From assembly GCF_036321535.1 (NCBI RefSeq), contig NC_087451.1:37138001-37202000 (forward strand): a DNA stretch of 64,000 nt, written 5' to 3'. The notes beneath the pieces were generated by a model. It had not been told where the DNA came from. It did not search any database and saw only the letters and a list, made by a program, of their open reading frames with translations. This DNA comes from Camelus dromedarius (Eukaryota). Shown here in pieces: positions 12,871 to 63,024 of this stretch. Each line of letters begins with the position of its first letter. The stretch's first letter is position 1. The translations under genes and the position numbers were made by a program.

Positions 12871-13481
12871 ATCTAAATACATTTACATGACCAAATTAAC
12901 TTCCAGAAGAGTTGCTCCCATTTACAATGCCTTCCCCAAGCTCTAACCCATTCCGGATATTCTTACTCATTTTTAGCAATGAAGACGTGATAAGAAAGAA
13001 ATCATCCCTTGTCAATTATTTTCATTTGCATTTCTTTGATTACGAGTAATGCAGAGGAAAAATTATCTGCATATGTGTTGTACTGGAAGGAGTCATAGTG
13101 ACCCAAAAATAGTTGTCTTCAGGGAAGGGAATGAGATGGAGAAGACGGAGAAGGAAGGGGGACTTCTATTTGTTACTCTAAAACCTTGTATATTGCCCAA
13201 ATATTATATAAAGAGAAAATATTCATGTATTATTTCTATAACTAAGCATATACACATCGTGACAAGGAAGTGCTGTTGAAACTTCTCTCTGACTCCACAC
13301 GGCTGGTACTGGTGAGCGTTGTTACCTTCCTTAGTAGAACTGAGCGACCAACTTTGGAAATGGCTTATCTAGACCTGAAACCTCAGGCTGCACCTAGAAC
13401 ACCAAGAGGAAATGAGGACTCAGCACACGGGCCTGATCACCGCAGCCGTACTTCCTGTATTTTAAGGACTAGGTTACTTTT

Positions 13482-14261
13482 TTGTTTTGTTTTGTTTCAT
13501 GATCACGCATATGTTTGCTCTACCTATTCATCAATATTTTAAGCATAAACATTCTTGCAGATAAATCTTTGTGGACATCCTTAATTTTTTCCTTTTTTTT
13601 TTTTTACACTATTTCACTATTTTATTTTTTTTAACATTTTTTATTGAGCTATAGTCATTTTACAATGTTGTGTCAAATTCCAGTGTAGAGCACAATTTTT
13701 TAGTTATACATGAACATACATATATTCATTGTCACATTTTTTTCTCTGTGAGCTACCACAAGATCTTGTATATATTTCCCTGTGCTCTACAGTATAATCT
13801 TGTTTATCTTTTCTACAATTCGAAATCCCAGTCTGTCCCTTCCCACTCCCCACCCCCTTGGCAACCACAAGTCTGTATTCTATGTCTATGAGTCTGTTTC
13901 TGTTTTGTATTTATGTTTTTTTTTTTTTTTAGAATCCACATATGAGCGAGCTCATATGGTGTTTTTCTTTCTCTTTCTGGCTTACTTCACTTAGAATGAC
14001 ATTCTCCAGGAGCATCCATGTTGCTGCAAATNNNNNNNNNNNNNNNNNNNNNNNNNNNNNNNNNNNNNNNNNNNNNNNNNNNNNNNNNNNNNNNNNNNNN
14101 NNNNNNNNNNNNNNNNNNNNNNNNNNNNNNNNNNNNNNNNNNNNNNNNNNNNNNNNNNNNNNNNNNNNNNNNNNNNNNCAGGTGTCTTTTTGAAGTAGGG
14201 TCCCTTCTGAATATATGCCCAGGAGCGGGATTCCTGGATCCTATGGTAAGTCTATTCCTAG
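13482..14261 (-). mobile_element. Young camelid-type L1 (ORF2 C-terminus plus 3'UTR), 5'-truncated, with a 3'-transduced segment at about 13482-13620
   Basis: Perfect 17-bp TSD AGGACTAGGTTACTTTT at 13465-13481 and 14260-14276. The target reads TT/AAAA on the minus strand. The body matches the 49296-49970 copy. Confidence 0.9.
14032..14178. other. Assembly gap (147 N) inside an L1
   Basis: N run counted directly. Confidence 0.99.
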
Positions 14262-15072
14262 GACTAGGTTACTTTTAAAGCATGTGCAAAACCACGGGCT
14301 GGACCCTAAGGTCCGATTTTCAGTTCACAGGATATGGTCACCACCCATCTTGGGAAGAACAAAGGGAGACTACAGAGACCAACATAGGGTCCCTTTGCCT
14401 TTTCCTGGCTATTGGGTGAACACAGTTGGAGCTTTTGAAATGTGGGACTTAGATCAACCCAGAAAGAAGAGGGCGTGGTTAGCTCAGCATAGAGGTGGGG
14501 CTACCGTCACCTGTCTGGTTCCAAAATGATTAATCATCATTCACACCTTTCATCCTTGCTCCCCAAGTAATAAACAAAAACAGCGTGAAGAGAGTGAAGA
14601 TAGTTAATTGTGTTTATCATGATTGGTAAGTGTATAATTCTCCATCTGATGGGGGCTAAAATATTATAATACTGTAATACAAATATTTGAGATCCTCCTT
14701 CTCAGGAGGAAAGACTCTTTAATTACCCAGCCAACTAACAGACCTCCATCAGGCTGGGCTCTGTAGGATACGGAGAGGGGGACGGGGTGGCAGAGAGTGG
14801 GGTGGGGTGCCCAGGAAGGCAGGGCCCGTCACCCTGCATCATGAAAGGACTCGGGTGGGATGGGATAAAGAGGAGACAACAGGCATGATGGGGTGGAGTT
14901 GGTGGGGATGAAAGACGGAGGGGAAACAGGGGAGGAGGCAGGAGTCTAAAGCATGGACTTTGTGAAGAGAGGGACCTGTAACAAGGACGTTTAGGGAAGT
15001 GCACTAATCACCATATACCTCAGAAATGTAATTCTCACTTCTTCACCCCTTCAAAAGTTATTGAGCCAAGAC

Positions 15073-15120
15073 GTGACTATATTTCAATAAATATATATAT
15101 ACATATATACACACCAAAAA
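15073..15120 (+). mobile_element. Extremely 5'-truncated L1 tip (about 48 nt)
   Basis: gtgactatatttcaataa(ta)n..cacaccaaaaa matches the end of the 178-455 L1. 20-bp TSD with 2 transitions at 15053-15072 and 15121-15140. Confidence 0.8.
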
Positions 15121-16379
15121 AAAAGCTACTGAGCCAAGACATGTTAAGACATGTTAAGACATTTCTATCTATTTCGGCTCTCCTAATATTCTGAGACTGA
15201 GCTTTGAGCTGGAATAAGGTATTTATTTGTGTTACATTTGTTTATGTTTGTCTCACCTACTAGCTGTGAATTCACGGGATGGGTTGCAAGTGGCTAAACA
15301 GCAGTTAAAATGCTTAAAGACATGACTTTCCAAAGACATCCCTCCCCCTAAAACATCACAACTTTCCACCTTCTGAAAATAGTTGTGTTGTCAAGGTAGT
15401 AAAAACTGAACCAGCGCAAACACGTCTGCTGCCGTTTGCTGGGTACAGAAAGCCCATCACACGCACAAGAGTGCTGCTTAGAAAAATCACATGATCTGAA
15501 AGCAGCTACAGGAAAGTTTATGGATTTCTTCCAATTCAAAATAGAATTCAATATTATACAGCTGACTTAAGCCAAGATTGTTCTTATGCATATTCTTTGC
15601 CCTCTGGCATGTTATCTCATTTTAAAAGAAATGGTGCACATTTCTTAACTGCTGAATTTTATGACCCTGCTTAATCTTAATATCAGAGCCCAACTCTTTA
15701 ACTCAACCGTCTCTTAAGAAGCGAGAATAACCCAGCATAGGAGGCTGCAGGGGAAACCAAGTCAAGTTTTTAATGAAACACTGTTAAGCACAGAAACAAG
15801 CAGAATGATATGACCAACATCCACATACTCCCCACTCAACTTTGTCAAGTTTCAACTTTGTAATATGCACTTCAGATCTTTTTTTCTAAGAGATAAATCA
15901 CCACCAACACTAATAAAGCCCCACGTATAATCTTCCACAATCCCACTGCACTCACTTCAATCCCATGCATAACCACTGTGCTGAATTTGGTATTCGTCCT
16001 TCTCACACGTTTTTATAATTTTACTACATCTATATTTATCCATAAATAATATCAAGAATTGCTTTGCCAGTTTTGCAGTTTTTCTAAATAGCGTCATACT
16101 ACCATACACACACACTCACACGCATACACACATATGTATCATCAATAAATGTTCATATCCTTCGCCAACTTGATGATGTATCTATGTTCAGAAAACATAG
16201 TTGTAATTCCTTCATTTTAACTGCTGTTTCCCCTTGTATAATCATACCACGATGTATTTACTTATTCTTCTGTGGATAGACAGAGGTTTTTTTTGTTTTT
16301 TTGTGTTTTGCAATTCTTTGCTACTATAAGCCAGACTGCAGACTGGAAATTCTTTTGAATAGATGTATGCATCTTTTTT

Positions 16380-17700
16380 TATGTTGTTTTTTAACATAAA
16401 GCTAAGAGAATAATATGACCAATAAAATTCACAGTTTTAAAAAGTGTACAGCTCTGAGAGTAAACAACACGCTCAGGATCCTCCTTTGGAGTCACACCTT
16501 CGTCACTGGCCCTAACTGCTGGCAACCACTGGTCTATTCTCTGTCACCACAGTTTTTCCAATTCCAGAATATCATACAGCTGTAACCACATGTTAGCTTT
16601 TGAGACTGGTCTCTTTCAGCATTATGCCTTTGAGATGCATCCATGCTGTTGTTCATATACATACTTTATTCCTTGTAATTACTAAGTAGTATTCCATTGA
16701 ATGGATATACAACACTTCGTTTATCTATTTTGCCCATTGAAGGACATTTGCATTATTTCCGATTTTTGGCAATCATTAATAAAAAGTGCTCTAAACCTTC
16801 ACAGACAGCTCTTTGCACAAACGTAAGTCTTTGATTCATTTCGGTAAATACCTCGCTGTGGGATTATGTTCACCTTTCCAAATTCTTGGAGATTGACCAG
16901 TTATCTTTCTGTAAGTGATTTCTAGTCTATTTCTATTATGATCAGAGAACATAATTTGTATGATTTTGAGTCTTTTAAATTTGTTAAGATTTGCTTTATA
17001 ACCCAAAATATAGTCCATCTTGGCAAATTTCATGTACACTTGAAAATAATATTCATTATGCTGCTATTGAGTGGAGTATCTTTTAATTGGTGTTTTTAGA
17101 CCACTTACATTTAATGTAATTATTGATAAGTTTGCATTTAGATCCACCATTTTATAACTTGTTTTCTGTTTATTCCCTATCCCCATTCCTGCTTTCTTTT
17201 GTGTGATTTGAATATTTTAGGGTCCCATTTTAATATATCTATTGAATTTTGATTATATCTTAATGTAGGTTTTTAATGCAGTTTTTTTATGTTCACTTTA
17301 GGGATTATAATATACAAAGTTAACGTTTCTCAGTCTCCTGAGAATTAGTATTTTACCACTGCAAGTGGAATACAGAACCATTACCAGCATATAGGTTACT
17401 TTACCTTCTTCCTTTTACGTTGTAGTGGTCATTATGTCTGTAGGTATGGAAACTGTAGGTCATTATGTCTGTAGGTATGTAATGCTTTCAACTATCACAC
17501 ATATTCTAAAGGGGAAAAATAATCTACTCTATTTTCCCAGATATTTACCATTTCTGTCGCTCTTCCTTCATTCCTAATGTTCCAGGTTTCCCTCTGGTAG
17601 CATTTGCTTTCCATCTGAAAAACTTGCTTTAGCATTTCTATTACAGTAGGCCTGCTGGCAATAAATTCTCTTAGTTTTTAATCCATATTTCATCATCATT
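16380..17700 (-). mobile_element. Old L1M fragments: 3' region (about 16380-16870) abutting an ORF2 endonuclease/ORF1-region remnant
   Basis: ORF 16836..17039 (KMDYILGYKANLNKFKRLKIIQIMFSDHNRNRLEI) resembles the L1 endonuclease segment IDHILGHK..LNKFK.IEII.SIFSDHN.IKLEI. Confidence 0.8.
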
Positions 17701-17754
17701 TGTGAAGGGTGATAATTCTAAAAGGGGGCTTTGAAATTGTCTAACTTAAAGTAT

Positions 17755-18110
17755 TCATTTTACATACGAGGAAAATGAAGCCCAGAGGCATTAAATAATT
17801 TGCCCCATGTCATTGAGCTAGTTGATGACTGAGCCAGGATCAAAGCTTACGCTTCCTGACTCCCAGTTCAGTGCTCTTCCTCTTCCTGTACAATCTCAAT
17901 CATTTAGTTTACACTGGAAATAAAGTTGTGCAAAATGAGTTTGATTCCTGTATGTTAGTACAAGAAAAATTGTAAATTTATCATTTTTTAGAACAGAAAA
18001 GGACCTTAGAGATCATTCGATTCTGTGTTCCGTGTTTCAGACGAGTAAACTGAGGCCCAGAGAAGGTAATTCACTTTCCCAAGGGAAATTTACTAATAAG
18101 TAGAGCCATG
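17755..18110 (-). mobile_element. Two MIR fragments (about 17755-17875 and 18000-18110)
   Basis: ttttacatacgaggaaaatgaagcccagagg... and tttcagacgagtaaactgaggcccagagaaggtaattcactttcccaagg. Confidence 0.7.
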
Positions 18111-18424
18111 ACTTTTTATAGCAAGATCACACCACATACCTGCTATTTGTAAAGAACAGGCATTGGGGTTGCTTGTTTGCTTTTTTGTTTGTTTGCTTGT
18201 GCTTCCCAGTGACAGTGATGGATTGTACTGGGCTGAACTCTCTCTCTCTCCCCTCCTCCCTCTCGCTCTCATGACTTTATGACACTAGTTGGATGGCCAG
18301 CACTGGACATTGTATCCTCGCTGGACCATTTGGAATCAAATCTACAACTCTCCTGTTCTCTCAACCACTCCCAAACTTCAGTGTGTATCGGAATTGGACC
18401 TCAGTGTGTGTAGAATCTTATAAG

Positions 18425-18585
18425 CTGGTGAGAACTGGCTTATTGAAATTGCACATTCTTGGCCCCACTTCCAAAGACTCTGATTCCCTCGCTCTAGGGT
18501 GTGACCCTGGAATTCCCATGTTTATAAACGCCCCAGGTGATTCGAATCTACAGACTGCACTTTGAGAAATCTCTGGCCTATGTTG
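18425..18585. mobile_element. MER5 (hAT-Charlie)
   Basis: gaaattgcacattcttggccccacttccaaagactctgattc...tttataaacgccccaggtgattc...ctttgagaaatctctg. Confidence 0.7.
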
Positions 18586-19624
18586 AGGCATTATGTCCTG
18601 GTTATGAATAGAAAACTCTGGACTTTCTAGCTCAGAGTAAGAGATGAAAGAGTACAGCACCGAGTCAGTATCAGGTTTCTGCATCTCACTCCAATCTGGA
18701 CCTGCATTCAGAGTACTTTGCCTCCCTCCTCCCTCACTGACTGCTGCTTTACCTGGTAAAGGTTAACATTGTCCTCACACGCATCTGCACAGTAACCAAA
18801 ACTCTTAGGGACACACACACCTGCAGTTAGCATAGTTATTTCATTATATGCCTCTTTCCTATTGTTCTTTCAAGAGGTCCATTAAAATTCCTAAGGTTTA
18901 GATATTCTAATAAATATAATAGTTAATGTTTATCTGGGGCCAGATTTTTTTAAGTCCACATTTTTTTTAAATACTCTTTTTCAAACCACCCGAGCACAGG
19001 CAGACCCACGTATGCAAACATCATTTATTCTACAGGAATTTGTTAATTTCAGTTCAATGCCTTGTGATGTCAGGGGTCCTATGGAAGCAGGAAACAGGAG
19101 GGGGAGGCATGTTGGCCTTGTATTCGTGGAGTTCTAGTTTAGCGTAGAAAACCAACCACACCAACAGGAAACAACTAGTTGTGTTTTAAGTAACATATGA
19201 ACACGTGTGTGACAAAAATAAGAGTGTAACCTTCACAGATTAAAGAACTCTCCTGTTTGAATGTTGACTCTGTTGTTTTCATGGTTTAATTCCTGGAAGT
19301 AAAGGGCTTGATATTTAGCCAGACTGAAAGGAAACACAAGTGCCCTTGGAGTCTGCTCCTTTTAATACAATAGCACAGTTTACCTGAATCTGCTCAGTGC
19401 ACTCTGTCTTAATTGTCTCATGGGTATAGACAGATTTGGTTTCTCAGAGATGCTTGAAGGGAGGAACCATGTCTTCTGTTTCTTCTGTGTCTCCCACAGG
19501 GTCCAAAGCTGTTATTTTATTGTAACCAATAGTTAAGCCCCTACTGTCTACCAGGCCCTGTGCGAGATGCTACAGTTGCAGAGGGAGCCCAAGATCCCTG
19601 CCCTCAGTATTTTCCCTTCATTCA

Positions 19625-19922
19625 CTCTGGTGGTTTGCTCAAAATCCTGGGCCTTCCCTCGCTTGTTGAAGTAGCACCCTGGTCTCTGCCTCCATCTTCA
19701 CATGGAATTCCCTTTGTGTGCATACCTCCGTGTGCAAAATTCCCCTTTTTATAAGGACTCTGGTCATACTGGATTAAGGGCCCACTCTACTCCAGTATGA
19801 CCTCATCTTACCTAGTAACACCTGCAATGCCCCTGTCTCCAAATAAGATTGCATTCTGCGGTATTAAGAGTTGGAATTTAAACATAAAAACTTTGCAGGG
19901 AAACAAAATTCAACCCATAACA
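19625..19922 (-). mobile_element. MLT1 LTR fragment (MLT1B-like)
   Basis: ctctgcctccatcttcacatgg...ataaggactctggtcatactggattaagggcccactctactccagtatgacctcatctta...aattcaacccataaca. Confidence 0.85.
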
Positions 19923-20099
19923 CGTATAAACAACTAAACACAACATGATTGATGCTTTGGTCGGAATGCATGCAAACAGCTATCAGGGTGTAAGAGAGCA
20001 CATGGCACTGATGTTGCAGAGAGAATAAAACTGGCGGCCAAAGTGTGGGTAGACCACGGACATTCTCCAGGTGGGGAAATGGCAATGAGCCTTTGGTTA

Positions 20100-20580
20100 A
20101 AGGCATGTCTGTGAGAGCAGGAAGCACTTGGGGAACTTCAGAAAGTATTACGGGGTGAAAACTGGAGGACACATAAAGAAGAGGTGGGAGATGAGGCTGG
20201 AAAAGAAGTCAGGAGCCAAACCATGAAGAGTCACATCACGAGTGGCCTAATCCAGAGGCAGTGAGAGGCTGTGGAGGCTTTTCAACAGGAGAATATCGTG
20301 GTATCTGTATGCTAGAAAGCTCCCTCTGGCAGGAGTTTTGATTATATCAAAACACGAGATGGGCACTGAAATGGGGCCACAACTGGAAGCAGAAAGAACA
20401 TTCAGGAGGCTGTTTCCAAGAATCGATGCAAGAAACAGATGCATTCAAGAGCAGGAGAAATGGAAAGGGGGATGGCTTTGCAATGGGAGGCCTGAAACAG
20501 AACAATGGGACCTAGTAAACAGCAGTTGGAGAAGACATGGGTGCGAACTGAGGGGATGAAGATGAGGCTGGCGAGGAAGC
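20100..20580 (-). mobile_element. L2 fragment
   Basis: gggagatgaggctggaaaag...gaggctttcaacaggag...agaaagctccctctggcag is reverse-strand L2. Confidence 0.65.
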
Positions 20581-22266
20581 CAGGGCCCCAGACCTGGAGA
20601 GTCAGAGCAGGAGCAGAAGGGGAGGGCTCATTTCTGGGAGGGGGAAGGAGAGATTTAGACAAACCGTGAGGTCAGTGGCATCGGACTGGCCAGCCCTGCC
20701 TCGAGGATTCCCACTCTCCCACTCCGACCTTACACTCCATCTCTGACTTCCACATGCAGTTTTGCCCTTACCTTTATAGGGCAGGGAAGACGTGTTCCGA
20801 TCATTGCTACTTGAGTTAGGGGTAGCTGTTTCCTGAATCGAGGTCACACCAAAGGGTCTCCTGAGAGAGCAGGACTCCACGCAACCCCTCGGGAAGGTGA
20901 GAGTTAAAGTCGTAAGACTTGCAATGGCTTCTTGCCCATGAACTCTGCCAGCCCAGAAATGCAAAGCAGTTTGCCTCATAGTTACTGCAGATGCAACACC
21001 GATGATGCCCGCTCCTGGATCCACTGGCCACGATGCCTAATTAGACACGTCAGAAGTTGCCAAGTTTCTTAGAAACGGGAGGCCAGCTAGAATTTAATTC
21101 CAGATAAAAAGAAGGTGGTTCAAGAGAGCTTAAAAACCCCACCACCACACCCAGCTGAGTGAAGCAGCTGGCAATAGTGTTATATTGGGATTTCTCACTC
21201 AGACTGGGCATTCAGGCCACTACGTCGTGTTCCTGACAATGGTCCCTTTTTGGGACTTTCCTTTTCCGTACTTTTCTATTTTTGTCCCACTCAGGAACAG
21301 TCTCTAACCTATCCCAGTGTACACCAAGAGCCAGGAAGTAATCCTATTTCTAGCAAACACATATTTCACACTTATTCAACTGTGTGCTGGGGGCCATTCA
21401 AAACAAGTTACATACTTTAAGTCACCAAAGTCACACAATAACCCCATGGGGTAGGTTCTATTATTAGCTTCCTTTACAGGTGAGGGATGGCAAAGGCCAC
21501 AAGAATCTCCCACGGAACCACAGTGGGGAAGAACTCTGAACCCACAAGTCAGAGTGTATTTGCGGGTTCTTGACTCCAGTAAGGGAAGGACGGGTTGAAA
21601 AAGCAGGGTTCGCAGACAAGGGAGGCTTTGCTGTCTGGGCAGGCAGCTCGTGGCGAAGATGCATTTTCCTTAACTTTCAGCAGGGTGGGGCTGCCTCCGC
21701 CATCAGATTTGCGCTTCACCATCCTAACAGCTCATTAAAAAGAGGAGCCAGGAGTTCAGGGCTGGGCCACTGCCCCTCCCTCTTTTTTCCTCAAAAGGAA
21801 AACGGGGTGGGGGAGCCTAAATTACCCCATGGGATATCAGGAGAAGGCCCAACACCCGTCCTTCAGTGATTCATTTGGGTGGACCGCGTTCACACCAAGC
21901 TAAATGCCAAAGTTCAGAGTGGGGTCATTGGGAGGACCCTCCCTCCTTCACCGCAAGGAAAATTTCCTCTCGGTAGAGTTGCAGGCACAGTTGGAACCAA
22001 ACTCTATCCAAACAGGAAATCACCACGATTCTAGGTAAAACTGGTGCCTTATTTTGAAAGGTCAAACTTTTTCATTGACTGAGTGGGTGTTTGCTGAGTG
22101 CCTACTACGTGCCAAGCACATGACATGTAGTCCTTACGGATCTAGTAGATGCTCTGTTGGAAGATGCAGAAAAGAACACACACACACACATCTGGCAAAT
22201 CTTACAGGACAAAGGTTTTCAGGGAGTTGTCTTTTTTCTAGAAAATAAACATGGAAATCAAAGGTT

Positions 22267-22322
22267 TCTCTCCCTCTCTCTCCCTCTCTCTCTCTCTCTC
22301 TCCCTCTCTCTCACACACACAC
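22267..22322. repeat. Compound (CT)n(CA)n microsatellite just upstream of the CpG island
   Basis: Read directly; the CT run has three CCC interruptions. Confidence 0.95.
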
Positions 22323-23073
22323 CCCTCTGGAGTCCCCCCAAAGTTTCTGGCCTGAGCCCTGAGCAGAGCAAGTAGGAGGCCTGGGGCGAGGGGGGAAGGG
22401 TGTGAGAAGTGGGTTGGGTGACAAGGTGGAAGGGCAGAGCCGGAAGAGGGATCGGAGTTGGCAGGCGAGCTGCGCCAGAGGCAGGTGCCAGCGGAGAGTG
22501 GGCGGAGGTGCGGGCGCCCGGCCCGGCGGGGAAGGCCCGGCGTCACCCCCGCCTCTAGGAGTCGGGCTCGCAGACCAGCTCGCCCGGAGAAGCCGGGGGC
22601 ACGGGCGTCCCCGCCGCCCGCAGGACGAGCCGCGGGAACGGTCGCCGCAGCCGCGGAGCGACAGCATCCTCAGGAGAGACGCCCCAGGCTCCGCAGCCGC
22701 CTTCCTCCTCCGGGAGGCGAGCGCCACCGCCTGCTCCCTGCACTCCGGCCGCCCGCGGAGGGCAGCCAACACCCGCGCCCCCATCCTCCACCTGCCGCGG
22801 GCTCCCGGGCGGCCGGACGCGGGGGAGAGAAGGTGCGAGAAACAGGGGCCCGGGGGACACCGTCCTCGGTGGCCACTTGGCGCGGAGAAGGGACACCCGC
22901 CCACACCGCGAGCCCCCGGGAGCTCTGCACCCGGTACCCAAGTTCAAGGGCGACACCTCTCGGAGGGGGGCTTTCCCGCGCGGTGGGCGTTTCGGCCCCG
23001 CTGACCCCCGCCAGCCCGCGGGACTCCTGCGCCGCCCGGGTCCTCAGAGACGCCCGCGCGCCCCGGCGGGGCC

Positions 23074-62692
<39,619 letters not shown>

Positions 62693-63012
62693 GGGCTGGA
62701 CGGGTCAACTTTCAGGAACAGCACCTGGAGCCCGCGGTGGACTTGAGTGCGGACCTACTTCCTCACAGCCCCCATCCACGCTGCGGGTCCTGGGGCGGGA
62801 GCGCGTGAAACAGGTGCGGCCCCGGGATGATTCTAAAAGAGCAAAGGAAGTGGGATCCACTAAACTTTCTTCCTCGGTGCACGGCCTTGGCTCCCTCTTG
62901 CCCAGGAAGCTCTGCTCATCAAGGCCACAGACCATCCCTGAGCCCACTGGGAAGTCTGGATACGGAGCAGGCTTGGAAGCCTGGTTCCCAGAAGCGAGTA
63001 TTAACTGTAACG

Positions 63013-63024
63013 AATAAAATTAAA
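63013..63024 (+). terminator. Candidate proximal poly(A) signal of FAM20A (AATAAA immediately followed by ATTAAA)
   Basis: AATAAA 63013-63018 and ATTAAA 63019-63024, about 320 nt after the stop. A longer 3'UTR may run past the window end. Confidence 0.6.

Noticed and set aside
11988-13790. Local segmental duplication (11988-12153 versus about 13620-13790)
   Set aside because: Similarity is limited to the L1 3' end and each copy has its own TSD, so these are independent insertions.
13939-13958. 9-bp perfect hairpin CATATGAGC-GA-GCTCATATG
   Set aside because: Part of the L1 ORF2/3'UTR junction; a related near-palindrome occurs in the 49.6 kb copy, so it is not locus-specific.
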